Origin: Bacilli bacterium
GTDB taxonomy: Bacteria > Bacillota_I > Bacilli_A > RF39 > UBA660
Length of the DNA stretch: 64,000 bases
Reading direction: 5' to 3'
Assembly: GCA_045125935.1 (NCBI GenBank)
Contig: JBGVNW010000014.1
Location: 15,649 to 79,648 of the forward strand
A program made the translations under genes and the position numbers. Below are positions 21,699-30,582 of this stretch, in pieces. How positions within the stretch are numbered: the stretch's first letter is position 1; each line of letters starts with the position of its first letter. The notes beneath the pieces were generated by a model. It ran no database searches and was not told where the DNA came from. It saw only the letters and a program-made list of their open reading frames with translations.

Positions 21699-21770
21699 TA
21701 AAATAGTTGCTATACTAATAACGCATTTAATTACTATGACAAGAAATGTCATGGCGGAAGGAGAGTTAAT

Positions 21771-21986
21771 ATGAAAAAGGGAATACATCCAGAACTTCAT
21801 GAATGTACAGTTACTTGCGCATGTGGAGAAACATTTACAGTAGAATCAACAAAATCAGAAATCAATGTTGAAGTTTGTTCAAAATGTCATCCTTTCTATA
21901 CAGGAAAACAAAGTAGAGCATCACGTGCTGGTCGCGTAGATAAGTTCAACAAAAAATATGGTTTAGAATCAAAAGAAGCTGCTTAA
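21771..21986 (+). CDS. rpmE: 50S ribosomal protein L31 (Zn-binding type)
   Basis: [27 protein letters not shown]. Confidence 0.98.
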   Translation: MKKGIHPELHECTVTCACGETFTVESTKSEINVEVCSKCHPFYTGKQSRASRAGRVDKFNKKYGLESKEAA

Positions 21987-22005
21987 TAAGCAGTTTTTAT
22001 TTTAG

Positions 22006-22620
22006 GTGAGTTTTATGAATAAAGTAGAAATACATGACATATCAGAATTAATAAACCAAAACTATCCAATAGAAATAATTCAAAAGTTACTTAATGATGT
22101 ATTGATTTTAAGTATGAGGGTAAAAGAGGATTATCCAGATTATAAACAGTGGTATCAAAACGTTCAAGTACCAGGAGTATATGATGGCTCAAGAAATATT
22201 ATAATTGCCCATATAGAAGATAGAATTGTTGGTTTTATTTCCTTAAAGAAAACACCTCAAGAAAAAAAGATTTGCACATTTTATGTGGAAAAAACATTTA
22301 GAAGAAATCAAATCGGAACACTTTTAGCATCCCGTGCTGTGGATTATTTATCAGAGGAAAAACCGTTAATTACAATTCCAATGGATAAGTTGTATGAATT
22401 TACTAAAATTTCCAAAAAATATAATTGGGAAGTAACAGAAATAAGAGAAAATCTATATAGAACAACAACACCAGAAGTAATAGTAAATGGAACAATAAGA
22501 AATCAAGAACTAGAAACACCGACTAAAAGTTTAAAAAAGCTCTACAAAATTTACAAATTCACGTATTTAAAACAAAAAGTAAAAATTTTATTAAATAATC
22601 CACAAAAATTGTGGAAATAA
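22006..22620 (+). CDS. GNAT family acetyltransferase
   Basis: IVGF..LK, ICTFYV...RRNQIGTLL acetyl-CoA motif. Confidence 0.72.
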   Translation: MSFMNKVEIHDISELINQNYPIEIIQKLLNDVLILSMRVKEDYPDYKQWYQNVQVPGVYDGSRNIIIAHIEDRIVGFISLKKTPQEKKICTFYVEKTFRRNQIGTLLASRAVDYLSEEKPLITIPMDKLYEFTKISKKYNWEVTEIRENLYRTTTPEVIVNGTIRNQELETPTKSLKKLYKIYKFTYLKQKVKILLNNPQKLWK

Positions 22621-22690
22621 TAAATGAGATTATAAAACTTTGCTTCTCCCATGATATAATAGAATAAATTAAAACTAGAATATAAATAGA

Positions 22691-22909
22691 TTGGAGAAGA
22701 TTATGAAAGAAAAAGAAACTGACAGTAAGCCAAAAGAAAAAAAGTCAGATTTAGGATCGTGGATTTGCTATGGGATGATGGCAGGTGCTGTAATTGGTAT
22801 GATATTAACATTTACAAAGGATAATCTTATGTATCAAACAGGCGGAATCATAGTAGGAATTTTATTAGGTCTATTAATAGGTAGTTTAAAAAATAAGAGT
22901 AAAAAATAA
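22691..22909 (+). CDS. Small Gly-rich two-TM membrane protein
   Basis: GxxxG-rich hydrophobic helices; ATG 22703 is a possible start. Confidence 0.55.
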   Translation: MEKIMKEKETDSKPKEKKSDLGSWICYGMMAGAVIGMILTFTKDNLMYQTGGIIVGILLGLLIGSLKNKSKK

Positions 22910-22968
22910 AATTACAATAAAAAAGTATAAGTCAAAATAAATAACTAAATAATAAAAAGGAGAAAAGT

Positions 22969-23412
22969 ATGAGAATAGGTTTTGCAAATGACCATCGTGG
23001 ATATGCTTTAAAAGAAAATTTAAAGGAAAAATTAACTGAATTAAATTATGAAATAGAAGACTACGGAACTTATTCCACAGAATCTGTGGATTATCCTGAT
23101 TTTGCATTTAAATTAGGAGAAGCAGTAGTAAAAAATGAAGTTGATTATGGAGTAGCAATTTGTGGTTCTGGAATAGGAATAAGTATTGCCTGCAATAAAG
23201 TAAAAGGAATACGCTGTGCTAAGGCAAGTACAGTAGAAGATGCAAAAGTAACAAGAATAGATAATAATTCTAATATCATTGCTTTTGGTGAAAATACTGA
23301 ACTAGAAACAGCCTTAGAAATGATTAAAGTATTTACAGAAACAAGCTTCTCCAATGAAGAAAAACATCATAGACGTGTTGAAAAAATTTTAAATTATGAG
23401 GAAAACAATTAA
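22969..23412 (+). CDS. rpiB: Ribose-5-phosphate isomerase B
   Basis: NDHRG, DYPD, CGSGIGISIACNK, H.RRV. Confidence 0.95.
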   Translation: MRIGFANDHRGYALKENLKEKLTELNYEIEDYGTYSTESVDYPDFAFKLGEAVVKNEVDYGVAICGSGIGISIACNKVKGIRCAKASTVEDAKVTRIDNNSNIIAFGENTELETALEMIKVFTETSFSNEEKHHRRVEKILNYEENN

Positions 23413-23609
23413 TGAGTGGGAAGTTCTTTTTATACATATTAGTAACAATTGCTGTGATTTGGGCAATGGAATCAATTAATATTAATCAAATATTTAAAAA
23501 AAATAGAGTAATTCAAGCACGTGTATTTTATTTCTTTTTAGCTATATCACTTATTTATTTAGTAACAAATTTTATAATGGATTTATTTACTTCTGGAAAA
23601 ATCTTTTAA
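23412..23609 (+). CDS. DUF1146/YwzB family membrane protein
   Basis: WAM..IN...FKK....QAR......AI.L.YLV.NF pattern. Confidence 0.8.
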   Translation: MSGKFFLYILVTIAVIWAMESININQIFKKNRVIQARVFYFFLAISLIYLVTNFIMDLFTSGKIF

Positions 23610-23661
23610 AAGAAGTATAAATCCTTTTTTTTTGTTAAAACTTATAATGAGGTGAATAAAA

Positions 23662-24306
23662 ATGAGAAGATTAAAATTAAGGTCCTACGTAATTCCAAGT
23701 ATCTCCGCAATTCTATTAGTGGTAGCAGTTTTAGTAAGTATTATGAATATTCAAACAACAAATGATTTTAGTGATACATTAAAAGAAGTAGATTATGTAA
23801 CACAAACAATATTAGATGATGAAATAGCAGTAATTAATGATACGACAACTAAAATAATAAATCCATATACTGATGAGTCAGTAACTATTGGAAAATATTT
23901 CTATGATTACAAAGCTGAAGCAAATCAACAAGAGAAGTCTATTATTTACCATGATGATACATATATGCAAAATTCTGGTGTTGATTTCATCAGCCAAAAT
24001 GTCTTTGATGTAGTAGCGGTATTAAATGGTACAGTAGCTGATGTAAGTGACAATGAAACATTAGGTAAAATAGTAGAAATTAGCCATGACAATGGATGTG
24101 TAACAATTTATCAAAGTTTATCAGAAGTAAGTGTTAAAAAGGGAGATGTTGTAAGTCAAGGACAAGTAATTGGAAAAAGTGGAACAAATGAATTAGATAA
24201 AGAAATAGGAAACCATCTACATTTTGAATTCTACGCAAATGGACAAATAGTTGACCCAACTTTATATTTAAATAAAGAATTATCTCAAGAAAAACCTAAA
24301 GAGTAA
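23662..24306 (+). CDS. spoIIQ: SpoIIQ-like degenerate M23 protein
   Basis: N-terminal TM, FYD, NSGVD in place of HxxxD, YQSLS, GNHLHFE; lies upstream of mbl as in Bacillus. Confidence 0.78.
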   Translation: MRRLKLRSYVIPSISAILLVVAVLVSIMNIQTTNDFSDTLKEVDYVTQTILDDEIAVINDTTTKIINPYTDESVTIGKYFYDYKAEANQQEKSIIYHDDTYMQNSGVDFISQNVFDVVAVLNGTVADVSDNETLGKIVEISHDNGCVTIYQSLSEVSVKKGDVVSQGQVIGKSGTNELDKEIGNHLHFEFYANGQIVDPTLYLNKELSQEKPKE

Positions 24307-24399
24307 CACTAAATGTACTCTTTTTTTAATAAAAAATAAAAACAATAATATATTATATTGAAAGATATTAATTTATGATAAAATAATAATGAAAAGGAT

Positions 24400-25407
24400 G
24401 TGACAGAAATGCTAGGAAAAGACATTGGTATAGATCTTGGTACTGCAAATGTTTTGATATATATTAAAGGTAGAGGTATAGTTTTAAATGAACCAAGTAT
24501 CGTAGCTTTAGAAACAGATACTAATCGCATTGTAGCTGTGGGTACAGAAGCTAAAGAAATGTTAGGCAGAACACCAGGAAAGATTAAATCTATTAAGCCA
24601 ATGAAAGATGGAGTAATAGCGGACTTTGAAGCAACAGAAATTATGCTAAACAGCTTTATAAAAAAGATAAAAGCTAAAAACCTATTTTCAAGACCTAGAA
24701 TATTGATTTGCTGTCCAACTAATATAACGCAAGTAGAAAAAAATGCAATAAAAGAGGCTGCAGAAAGAACTGGTGCTAGAAAAGTATACATTGAAGAAGA
24801 ACCTAAAGTAGCAGCAATTGGTGCTGGAATGGATATTTCTAAACCATCAGCTAATATGATTATTGATATTGGAGGAGGAACAACTGATATAGCAATCTTA
24901 TCAATGAATGGAATGGTAACTTCTTCATCTATCCGTATTGCAGGTAATGCATTTGATCAAGATATTATTAATTATATAAGAGATAAATATAAATTATTAA
25001 TTGGAGAAAAAACAGCAGAAGAATTAAAAAAAACATTTGTTAATGTATTTAAACCAAGTAAGAAAAAGAAAAAAGAAGTACGAGGAAGAAATCTAATAAC
25101 TGGACTTCCACATGCTATAGAAATAACTCAAGATGAAGTTTCAGAAGCACTTGTTGAAAGTTTAAATAAATTAATAAAAGAAACAACTCGTGTACTGGAA
25201 GAAACTAATCCTGAATTATCCGCAGATATTGTGGAAAAAGGTATAGTTTTAACAGGGGGAGGAGCTTTAGTAAAAGGCTTACTTGAATTATTTAAACAAG
25301 AATTAAAAGTTCCTGTTTTAATAGCCGAATCTCCTCTAACTTGTGTAGCTGAAGGAACAGGGATATTACTAGATAATATAAAAATGCTAGAAGAAAGTCG
25401 ACAATAA
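24400..25407 (+). CDS. mbl: MreB-family rod-shape protein (Mbl)
   Basis: DIGIDLGTAN, DGVIADF, DIGGGTT, LTGGG; no mreC follows, and synteny fits mbl. Confidence 0.85.
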   Translation: MTEMLGKDIGIDLGTANVLIYIKGRGIVLNEPSIVALETDTNRIVAVGTEAKEMLGRTPGKIKSIKPMKDGVIADFEATEIMLNSFIKKIKAKNLFSRPRILICCPTNITQVEKNAIKEAAERTGARKVYIEEEPKVAAIGAGMDISKPSANMIIDIGGGTTDIAILSMNGMVTSSSIRIAGNAFDQDIINYIRDKYKLLIGEKTAEELKKTFVNVFKPSKKKKKEVRGRNLITGLPHAIEITQDEVSEALVESLNKLIKETTRVLEETNPELSADIVEKGIVLTGGGALVKGLLELFKQELKVPVLIAESPLTCVAEGTGILLDNIKMLEESRQ

Positions 25408-25461
25408 TCGGCTTTTTATTTGCCAAAATTATCATATTTGATATAATCTTATTAGAAAGAA

Positions 25462-26574
25462 GTGACGATAATGAAACAACAAATATTATCTGCTAGCAAG
25501 ATTGTTCTAGTAACATTTCTTTTTTCAGCAGTAATCATGATTTTAATGAAAAAAATAGCAGTTCATATAGGAGCTCTAGATATTCCAAGAGATGAAGAAG
25601 AAAACAGACACATACACAAGCATATTACGCCAAAACTTGGTGGTGTTGGAATATTTTTAGCATTTCTAGTTGGATATATGCTATTTGGTGAACAAAGTAT
25701 TAGAATGAACTCGATTTTAATAGGAAGTTTTATTGTAGTACTAACGGGCATTATTGATGATATTAAGCCAATAAAAGCAACTTATAAATTACTAGGTCAT
25801 ATAGCTGCGGCTGCCGTAATTGTTTTCTATGGTGGAATATTATTAAATAATATAACTGCTTTTGGATTCTATTTTGATTTTGGAATATGGGCATATCCAA
25901 TAACTATCTTATTTTTAGTCGCTTGTACTAATATTATTAATTTAATCGACGGATTAGATGGTCTAAGTGGAGGAATCTGTTGCATTTTCTATTTAACAAT
26001 TGGAATAATTGGTTTTTATCAAGGTAGATATGGAAGTTTAGTAATGATATTGACATTTATAATGTTAGGATCAACTCTAGGTTTCTTACTTCATAATTTC
26101 TATCCTGCTAAAATATTTGCCGGTGACTGTGCTACGTTCATGGGCTTTATAATTGGTGTAATAACATTATTAGAGTTTAAAGGACCAGCACTTATCTCAT
26201 TCTTTGTCCCAGTAACAATTTTAGGAATACCAATTCTTGATACATTATTTGCTATTATAAGAAGACTATTGAAGAAACAACCACCGTTTAAAGCAGATAA
26301 ACAGCATCTTCATCATCAATTATTAGGTATGAATTTCTCACAACGTACAACAGTTTTGATAATATATGGAATAAATTTATTATTTGCAGCTGCTTCAATC
26401 TTTTATACAATTAAGGATCAAACAAAGGGAATAATGATGTATACATTGATATTAATTATCGTAATATGGTTTGTTCTACATACATCTATTATTTCTGATA
26501 AAAGTCCAGAAATAACAAAAAAGGTAAAGTCGAAATTGACACCTAAGGTTCATAAGAAAAAGAGTACAAAATAA
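25462..26574 (+). CDS. tagO: Undecaprenyl-phosphate GlcNAc-1-phosphate transferase (TagO/WecA)
   Basis: GIIDD, NLIDGLDGL, NF.PAKIFAGD, HLHH. Confidence 0.9.
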   Translation: MTIMKQQILSASKIVLVTFLFSAVIMILMKKIAVHIGALDIPRDEEENRHIHKHITPKLGGVGIFLAFLVGYMLFGEQSIRMNSILIGSFIVVLTGIIDDIKPIKATYKLLGHIAAAAVIVFYGGILLNNITAFGFYFDFGIWAYPITILFLVACTNIINLIDGLDGLSGGICCIFYLTIGIIGFYQGRYGSLVMILTFIMLGSTLGFLLHNFYPAKIFAGDCATFMGFIIGVITLLEFKGPALISFFVPVTILGIPILDTLFAIIRRLLKKQPPFKADKQHLHHQLLGMNFSQRTTVLIIYGINLLFAAASIFYTIKDQTKGIMMYTLILIIVIWFVLHTSIISDKSPEITKKVKSKLTPKVHKKKSTK

Positions 26575-26652
26575 AGGTACTCTTTTAATTTACAATCCCA
26601 AAAATGGAAAAATATGGTAAAATTAAGAAAGAAGAGTATGGAGTGTTCAATT

Positions 26653-27384
26653 ATGGTAAATTTTGTAATATGTGAAGATGAGCCTATTTTATTAAGAAAA
26701 TATGTTAATGAGATAGATAAGTTTATGATGCAATATGATATAGATTACAAATGTCATACATTTATAGGCTATGATGATAGATGGAAAAGTTATGCTAAAA
26801 AGGATGATGGATTCAAAATATATTTATTAGATATAAAAACTGCAATCGGTTCAGGTCTTGATGCAGCGAGACTGATAAGAGAAGAATATGATGATTGGGT
26901 ATCAATGATAATTATTGTTACAGCGTATAACGAATATAAATATGAAGCTTTAGAGAAAAGATTAATGTTAGTAGATTTTATAAATAAACTCTCAAATTTT
27001 GAATCCCGTCTGAGAACTGCATTAACTAGATGTATGAAAAATTATGATAATAGACATAAGACTTTAAGATATACATATAAAAATAATATTTATAATATAG
27101 ACTTAAAACAAATTATATCAATTGAAAAAGAACCGGATAATAAAAGATGTATCGTTAAAACAACAACTAGTAATTATCCAATTCCAGGAACATTAAATAC
27201 TATAATGAAAAGATTAGATGATAGATTTATAAAATGTTATAGAAATATGATAATTAACTTAGACCAAATTGAAAAATATTTTATTAAAGAAGGAAAAATA
27301 ACATTCAAAAATGGAGACACAGTAAGTACAATATCAAGAAATCAAAGAAAGGAGATAATAAAATATGTTAGAGGTCTTCGTTAG
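26653..27384 (+). CDS. agrA: AgrA-like LytTR response regulator
   Basis: Receiver ICED..LLDI...G..AR..R, K; LytTR F..C.R..IIN; likely start ATG 26653. Confidence 0.85.
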   Translation: MVNFVICEDEPILLRKYVNEIDKFMMQYDIDYKCHTFIGYDDRWKSYAKKDDGFKIYLLDIKTAIGSGLDAARLIREEYDDWVSMIIIVTAYNEYKYEALEKRLMLVDFINKLSNFESRLRTALTRCMKNYDNRHKTLRYTYKNNIYNIDLKQIISIEKEPDNKRCIVKTTTSNYPIPGTLNTIMKRLDDRFIKCYRNMIINLDQIEKYFIKEGKITFKNGDTVSTISRNQRKEIIKYVRGLR

Positions 27385-28663
27385 TCTATTAGGTCCTATA
27401 ATACTATCTGTAGCAGCCTTCTATGCAATTAACATTGTTACAAAAAGTAATATAAGACTACTAACAATAAAAAATATAAGTCTGATAATTATCCTATCAA
27501 TAATAACGGTAATGCTTCATAAAACTCAATATACTGGTATTGAATCATTTATCATCTTTTTGATAAATATTATAATTTATAAACTAATATTTGATATTTC
27601 TTTAGAAGAAAGCATGATTGCGACAAGTATAATGATGATAATTGTATTTATAAGTGACACTTTAGGTGGAACGGCTTTAAAAATATTCTTTACCGTAGAA
27701 GATATAAGGAAAAATGTTTATTTGACATTATTGGCTAATTTAGTAATAGGAATAATAGAAAATATAATCATAAATATTCCAGTAATCAAGAAACAGTTAC
27801 AGAACTTCTATAACTATTGCCAAAGAAAACATTCTATTATGAATATAATATATTTTAGTACATTAATTATTGGATTTTGCATTCTAGCATACAATATAGC
27901 CATATTTAGTAACATAAAATTCTTGGTAAATACAGTTTTAATGCTTACTTTAGGTATTCTAACATACATATTTGTTAAAAATAGAAATAGTTATAATGAA
28001 TTAACAGATGAATATGACAGTTTATTTTCTTATGTTCAAAATTTTGAAGATTGGATTGAAAAAGAACAACTTAATAGACACGAATATAAAAATCAACTTG
28101 CGGTATTATATTGTCTTACTGAGGAAAAGAAAGTCAAAGATAAAATAAATGAAATATTAGAGGATAACATTAATATTGGTGGAGAAGTAATTAATCATTT
28201 AAAACATCTTCCAAAAGGTGGTATTAAAGGGTTAATGTATTATAAGGTTGCTATTGCTCAAAAGAAAAAGATCAAAGTTACAGCGGATGTTAGTTTAGAA
28301 ACAAAAAGTATTTTAAGTAAACTATCAGAAAAAGAATTGAGAGTTATTTGTAAACTAATTGGAATTTACTTAGACAACGCTATAGAAGCAGCGGAAGAAA
28401 CAAGAAAAAAGAAATTACTAATTGAAGTTTATGAATTACCAAATAAAGTTTGTTTTGTATTCTCTAATACATTTAAAAAGAAAGATAATTTTGATGATAG
28501 AAATAAGAAAGGAGTAACTACAAAAGGTGAAGGTCACGGAAATGGTCTGTACTTCGCATCAAAACTAATAGCTGAAAATGATTGGCTAGAATCGAAACAG
28601 GATGTAGTAGATGGCTATTATATCCAACAATTAATTGTCAAAAGAAAAGAGTCTAAAAAATAG
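27365..28663 (+). CDS. agrC: AgrC-like membrane histidine kinase
   Basis: Multi-TM N-terminus, RHEYKNQL (HPK10 H-box), LDNAIEA, TTKG.GHG.GL. Confidence 0.87.
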   Translation: MLEVFVSLLGPIILSVAAFYAINIVTKSNIRLLTIKNISLIIILSIITVMLHKTQYTGIESFIIFLINIIIYKLIFDISLEESMIATSIMMIIVFISDTLGGTALKIFFTVEDIRKNVYLTLLANLVIGIIENIIINIPVIKKQLQNFYNYCQRKHSIMNIIYFSTLIIGFCILAYNIAIFSNIKFLVNTVLMLTLGILTYIFVKNRNSYNELTDEYDSLFSYVQNFEDWIEKEQLNRHEYKNQLAVLYCLTEEKKVKDKINEILEDNINIGGEVINHLKHLPKGGIKGLMYYKVAIAQKKKIKVTADVSLETKSILSKLSEKELRVICKLIGIYLDNAIEAAEETRKKKLLIEVYELPNKVCFVFSNTFKKKDNFDDRNKKGVTTKGEGHGNGLYFASKLIAENDWLESKQDVVDGYYIQQLIVKRKESKK

Positions 28664-28671
28664 ACTCTTTT
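28645..28671. terminator. Bidirectional terminator shared by agrC and agrD
   Basis: AAAAGAGTCTA-AAAAA-TAGACTCTTTT perfect inverted repeat. Confidence 0.8.
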
Positions 28672-28794
28672 TTAATCATGCATAAACTTTAAAGACTTTG
28701 GTTCATCAAAAACTACCCAAGAACAACCTAAACAAGCTGCACCAGTAGCCATCATTGCAACCATTGCAATTAGATAAGCAATTTTTTTCTTCAT
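28672..28794 (-). CDS. agrD: AgrD autoinducer propeptide, 40 aa (not in ORF track): MKKKIAYLIAMVAMMATGAACLGCSWVVFDEPKSLKFMHD
   Basis: Hand translation; AAGGAGG SD at 28800-28806; directly downstream of agrB; hydrophobic leader, C-S-W-V-V-F core, DEPK tail. Confidence 0.88.
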   Translation of the reverse strand: MKKKIAYLIAMVAMMATGAACLGCSWVVFDEPKSLKFMHD

Positions 28795-28832
28795 ACAATC
28801 CTCCTTATATATATTTTTAAACACACATGTAT

Positions 28833-29432
28833 TTAAACTAAATTATAGTTCTTGTAATTATTGTATGGTTGTTTAAGTATAATATATATTAACGGATTAA
28901 TAACTATTGCTTGAATAACCATAGCGGATATTAATATTGCACTAACCCAATGATTAAAATACACAATACTAAGAACGGAATAAATAACTCCTGTAATAAC
29001 AGTAACTATTTTACGCATAATTCTTTTCTTTCTGTTAGGTAATGGTCTTTTAACTGTATCAGCAGGAGCAAATAATAAGTAATTGATAATACAAAATAGA
29101 CTGATTCCTATATAAACATTCTTAGATAATGCAATATTAATAAAAAATAATGGGATAATTAAAAAACAAAATGATGAAATAACCAGACATTGCCAACTCT
29201 TTTCAGCGTGAAAACCAAAACCTGTATAGCGAATAATATTAAATAGAATCAATAATGCAATAAGTTCTTTAACAATTCCTAAGAGCGTAGCAGTAATAAA
29301 TATTATTATTAATTTGGTAATTGTTAAATATATTCCTTCAAGACCATATTCAAGCTTTTCGATATCTTCATCAGAATAAGTATTATGCTTTTTTAAAAAA
29401 GCCATAGTACAATCCATGAATCTTGCTTTCAT
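28833..29432 (-). CDS. agrB: AgrB peptide-processing membrane protein
   Basis: YGLE, IRYTGFGFHA....C (catalytic His/Cys), FAPADT.KRP. Confidence 0.93.
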   Translation of the reverse strand: MKARFMDCTMAFLKKHNTYSDEDIEKLEYGLEGIYLTITKLIIIFITATLLGIVKELIALLILFNIIRYTGFGFHAEKSWQCLVISSFCFLIIPLFFINIALSKNVYIGISLFCIINYLLFAPADTVKRPLPNRKKRIMRKIVTVITGVIYSVLSIVYFNHWVSAILISAMVIQAIVINPLIYIILKQPYNNYKNYNLV

Positions 29433-29511
29433 CTTATCACCTAAGACAATTATAAATTAATAAATGATTAAAAAATAATTTATCTATAACTTGCAAATCT
29501 TCTAATGAAAA

Positions 29512-29538
29512 AGTCGATTTTTGTCGAAATATGTCGAA
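29512..29538 (+). promoter_or_regulatory. Tandem Spo0A-box-like sites
   Basis: TGTCGAA at 29522 and 29532 plus degenerate AGTCGAT at 29512, 10-bp period, in the agrB/csp divergent intergenic region. Confidence 0.55.
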
Positions 29539-29663
29539 AAGTTAACCAAAAAGTCCTAAAATATACCAGTTAAGGAATTTTTGAAATATTTAAATAAAGT
29601 TTGATAGAATAAAACATGCCAAATAAAAATAGAAAAGTTGGTAGAATGTGAGGTGCTAGAGGT

Positions 29664-29885
29664 ATGATGATTGGACGCGTTAAATGGTTCAACAATGAAA
29701 AGGGATATGGCTTTATCGATTTCAAAGAAAATGAAGATATTTTTGTACACTATTCAGCAATTGAACTAGATGGATACAAAACTTTATCTGAAGATCAACT
29801 TGTTGAATTCAAATTAGTTGAAACAAGTAAAGGTTATCAAGCAATTAACGTTAAATTAGTAAAAGAAACTACTGGAGTAAAATAG
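29664..29885 (+). CDS. Cold-shock protein
   Basis: VKWFNNEKGYGFI, DIFVHYSAI. Confidence 0.95.
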   Translation: MMIGRVKWFNNEKGYGFIDFKENEDIFVHYSAIELDGYKTLSEDQLVEFKLVETSKGYQAINVKLVKETTGVK

Positions 29886-29936
29886 TAGTTTTTTTTATTA
29901 AAATATGCTATAATCAAAATATAAAGGAGGAATAAT

Positions 29937-30464
29937 ATGGAATTTATAATACGCGGTGATAAGCTTAAGATTACTGACGCTATGAACGACTATATTGAAG
30001 AAAAGTTAGGAAAATTAGATAAATACCTAAAAAATAGCGATGATGTTCGCGTAAACGTTATAGTAAAAGTTAAGAATCATGAGCAACGAGTAGAAATTAC
30101 TATCCCATTAAAAACCTACATTTTAAGGTCAGAAGAAACAAAAGATGACTTCTATGCTGCAGTAGATAAAGCAGTAGATAAATTGGAAAGACAAATTAGA
30201 AAGAATAAAACACGAATGATGTCAAAACAAGTAAAAACAAGTGTTGATTTTGACATGTCTGTAATAGAACCTGAAAAGGAAGAAGAAAAAAAAGTTCTAA
30301 AAAGAAAAGTAATCGAAGTAAAACCAATGAATGAAGAAGAAGCTATTCTTCAAATGGAATTACTTGGACATCAATTCTATATGTATAAAGACAGTGAAAC
30401 TAATAAAGATGCTGTAGTATATAAAAGAAATGATGGCAATTACGGAGTTCTTGAATCAGAATAA
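29937..30464 (+). CDS. hpf: Ribosome hibernation promoting factor (long HPF)
   Basis: D.YAAVD...KLERQIRK.K, KPM..EEAILQMELLGH.F, VVYKR.DG.YG. Confidence 0.95.
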   Translation: MEFIIRGDKLKITDAMNDYIEEKLGKLDKYLKNSDDVRVNVIVKVKNHEQRVEITIPLKTYILRSEETKDDFYAAVDKAVDKLERQIRKNKTRMMSKQVKTSVDFDMSVIEPEKEEEKKVLKRKVIEVKPMNEEEAILQMELLGHQFYMYKDSETNKDAVVYKRNDGNYGVLESE

Positions 30465-30472
30465 CGTTTTTT

Positions 30473-30498
30473 AGGAGATATCGAAAGATATCTCTTTT
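30473..30498 (+). terminator. Intrinsic terminator after hpf
   Basis: GAGATATC-GAAA-GATATCTC followed by TTTT. Confidence 0.8.
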
Positions 30499-30582
30499 AG
30501 TTTATGGAATTGTTATATATCAATAAATACTTTCATTCTTTTTTATTTTTTGATAGAATAATATGATGAAGGAGATGATTAA

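Noticed and set aside
21737..21760. Hairpin ATGACA/TGTCAT before rpmE as an L31 leader
   Set aside because: Too short to support without a covariance-model search.
23615..23645. SigF-like promoter before spoIIQ (GTATA...GTTAAAACT), and a similar one before spoIIR
   Set aside because: Spacing and -10 match are imperfect and such matches are easy to get by chance in AT-rich DNA.
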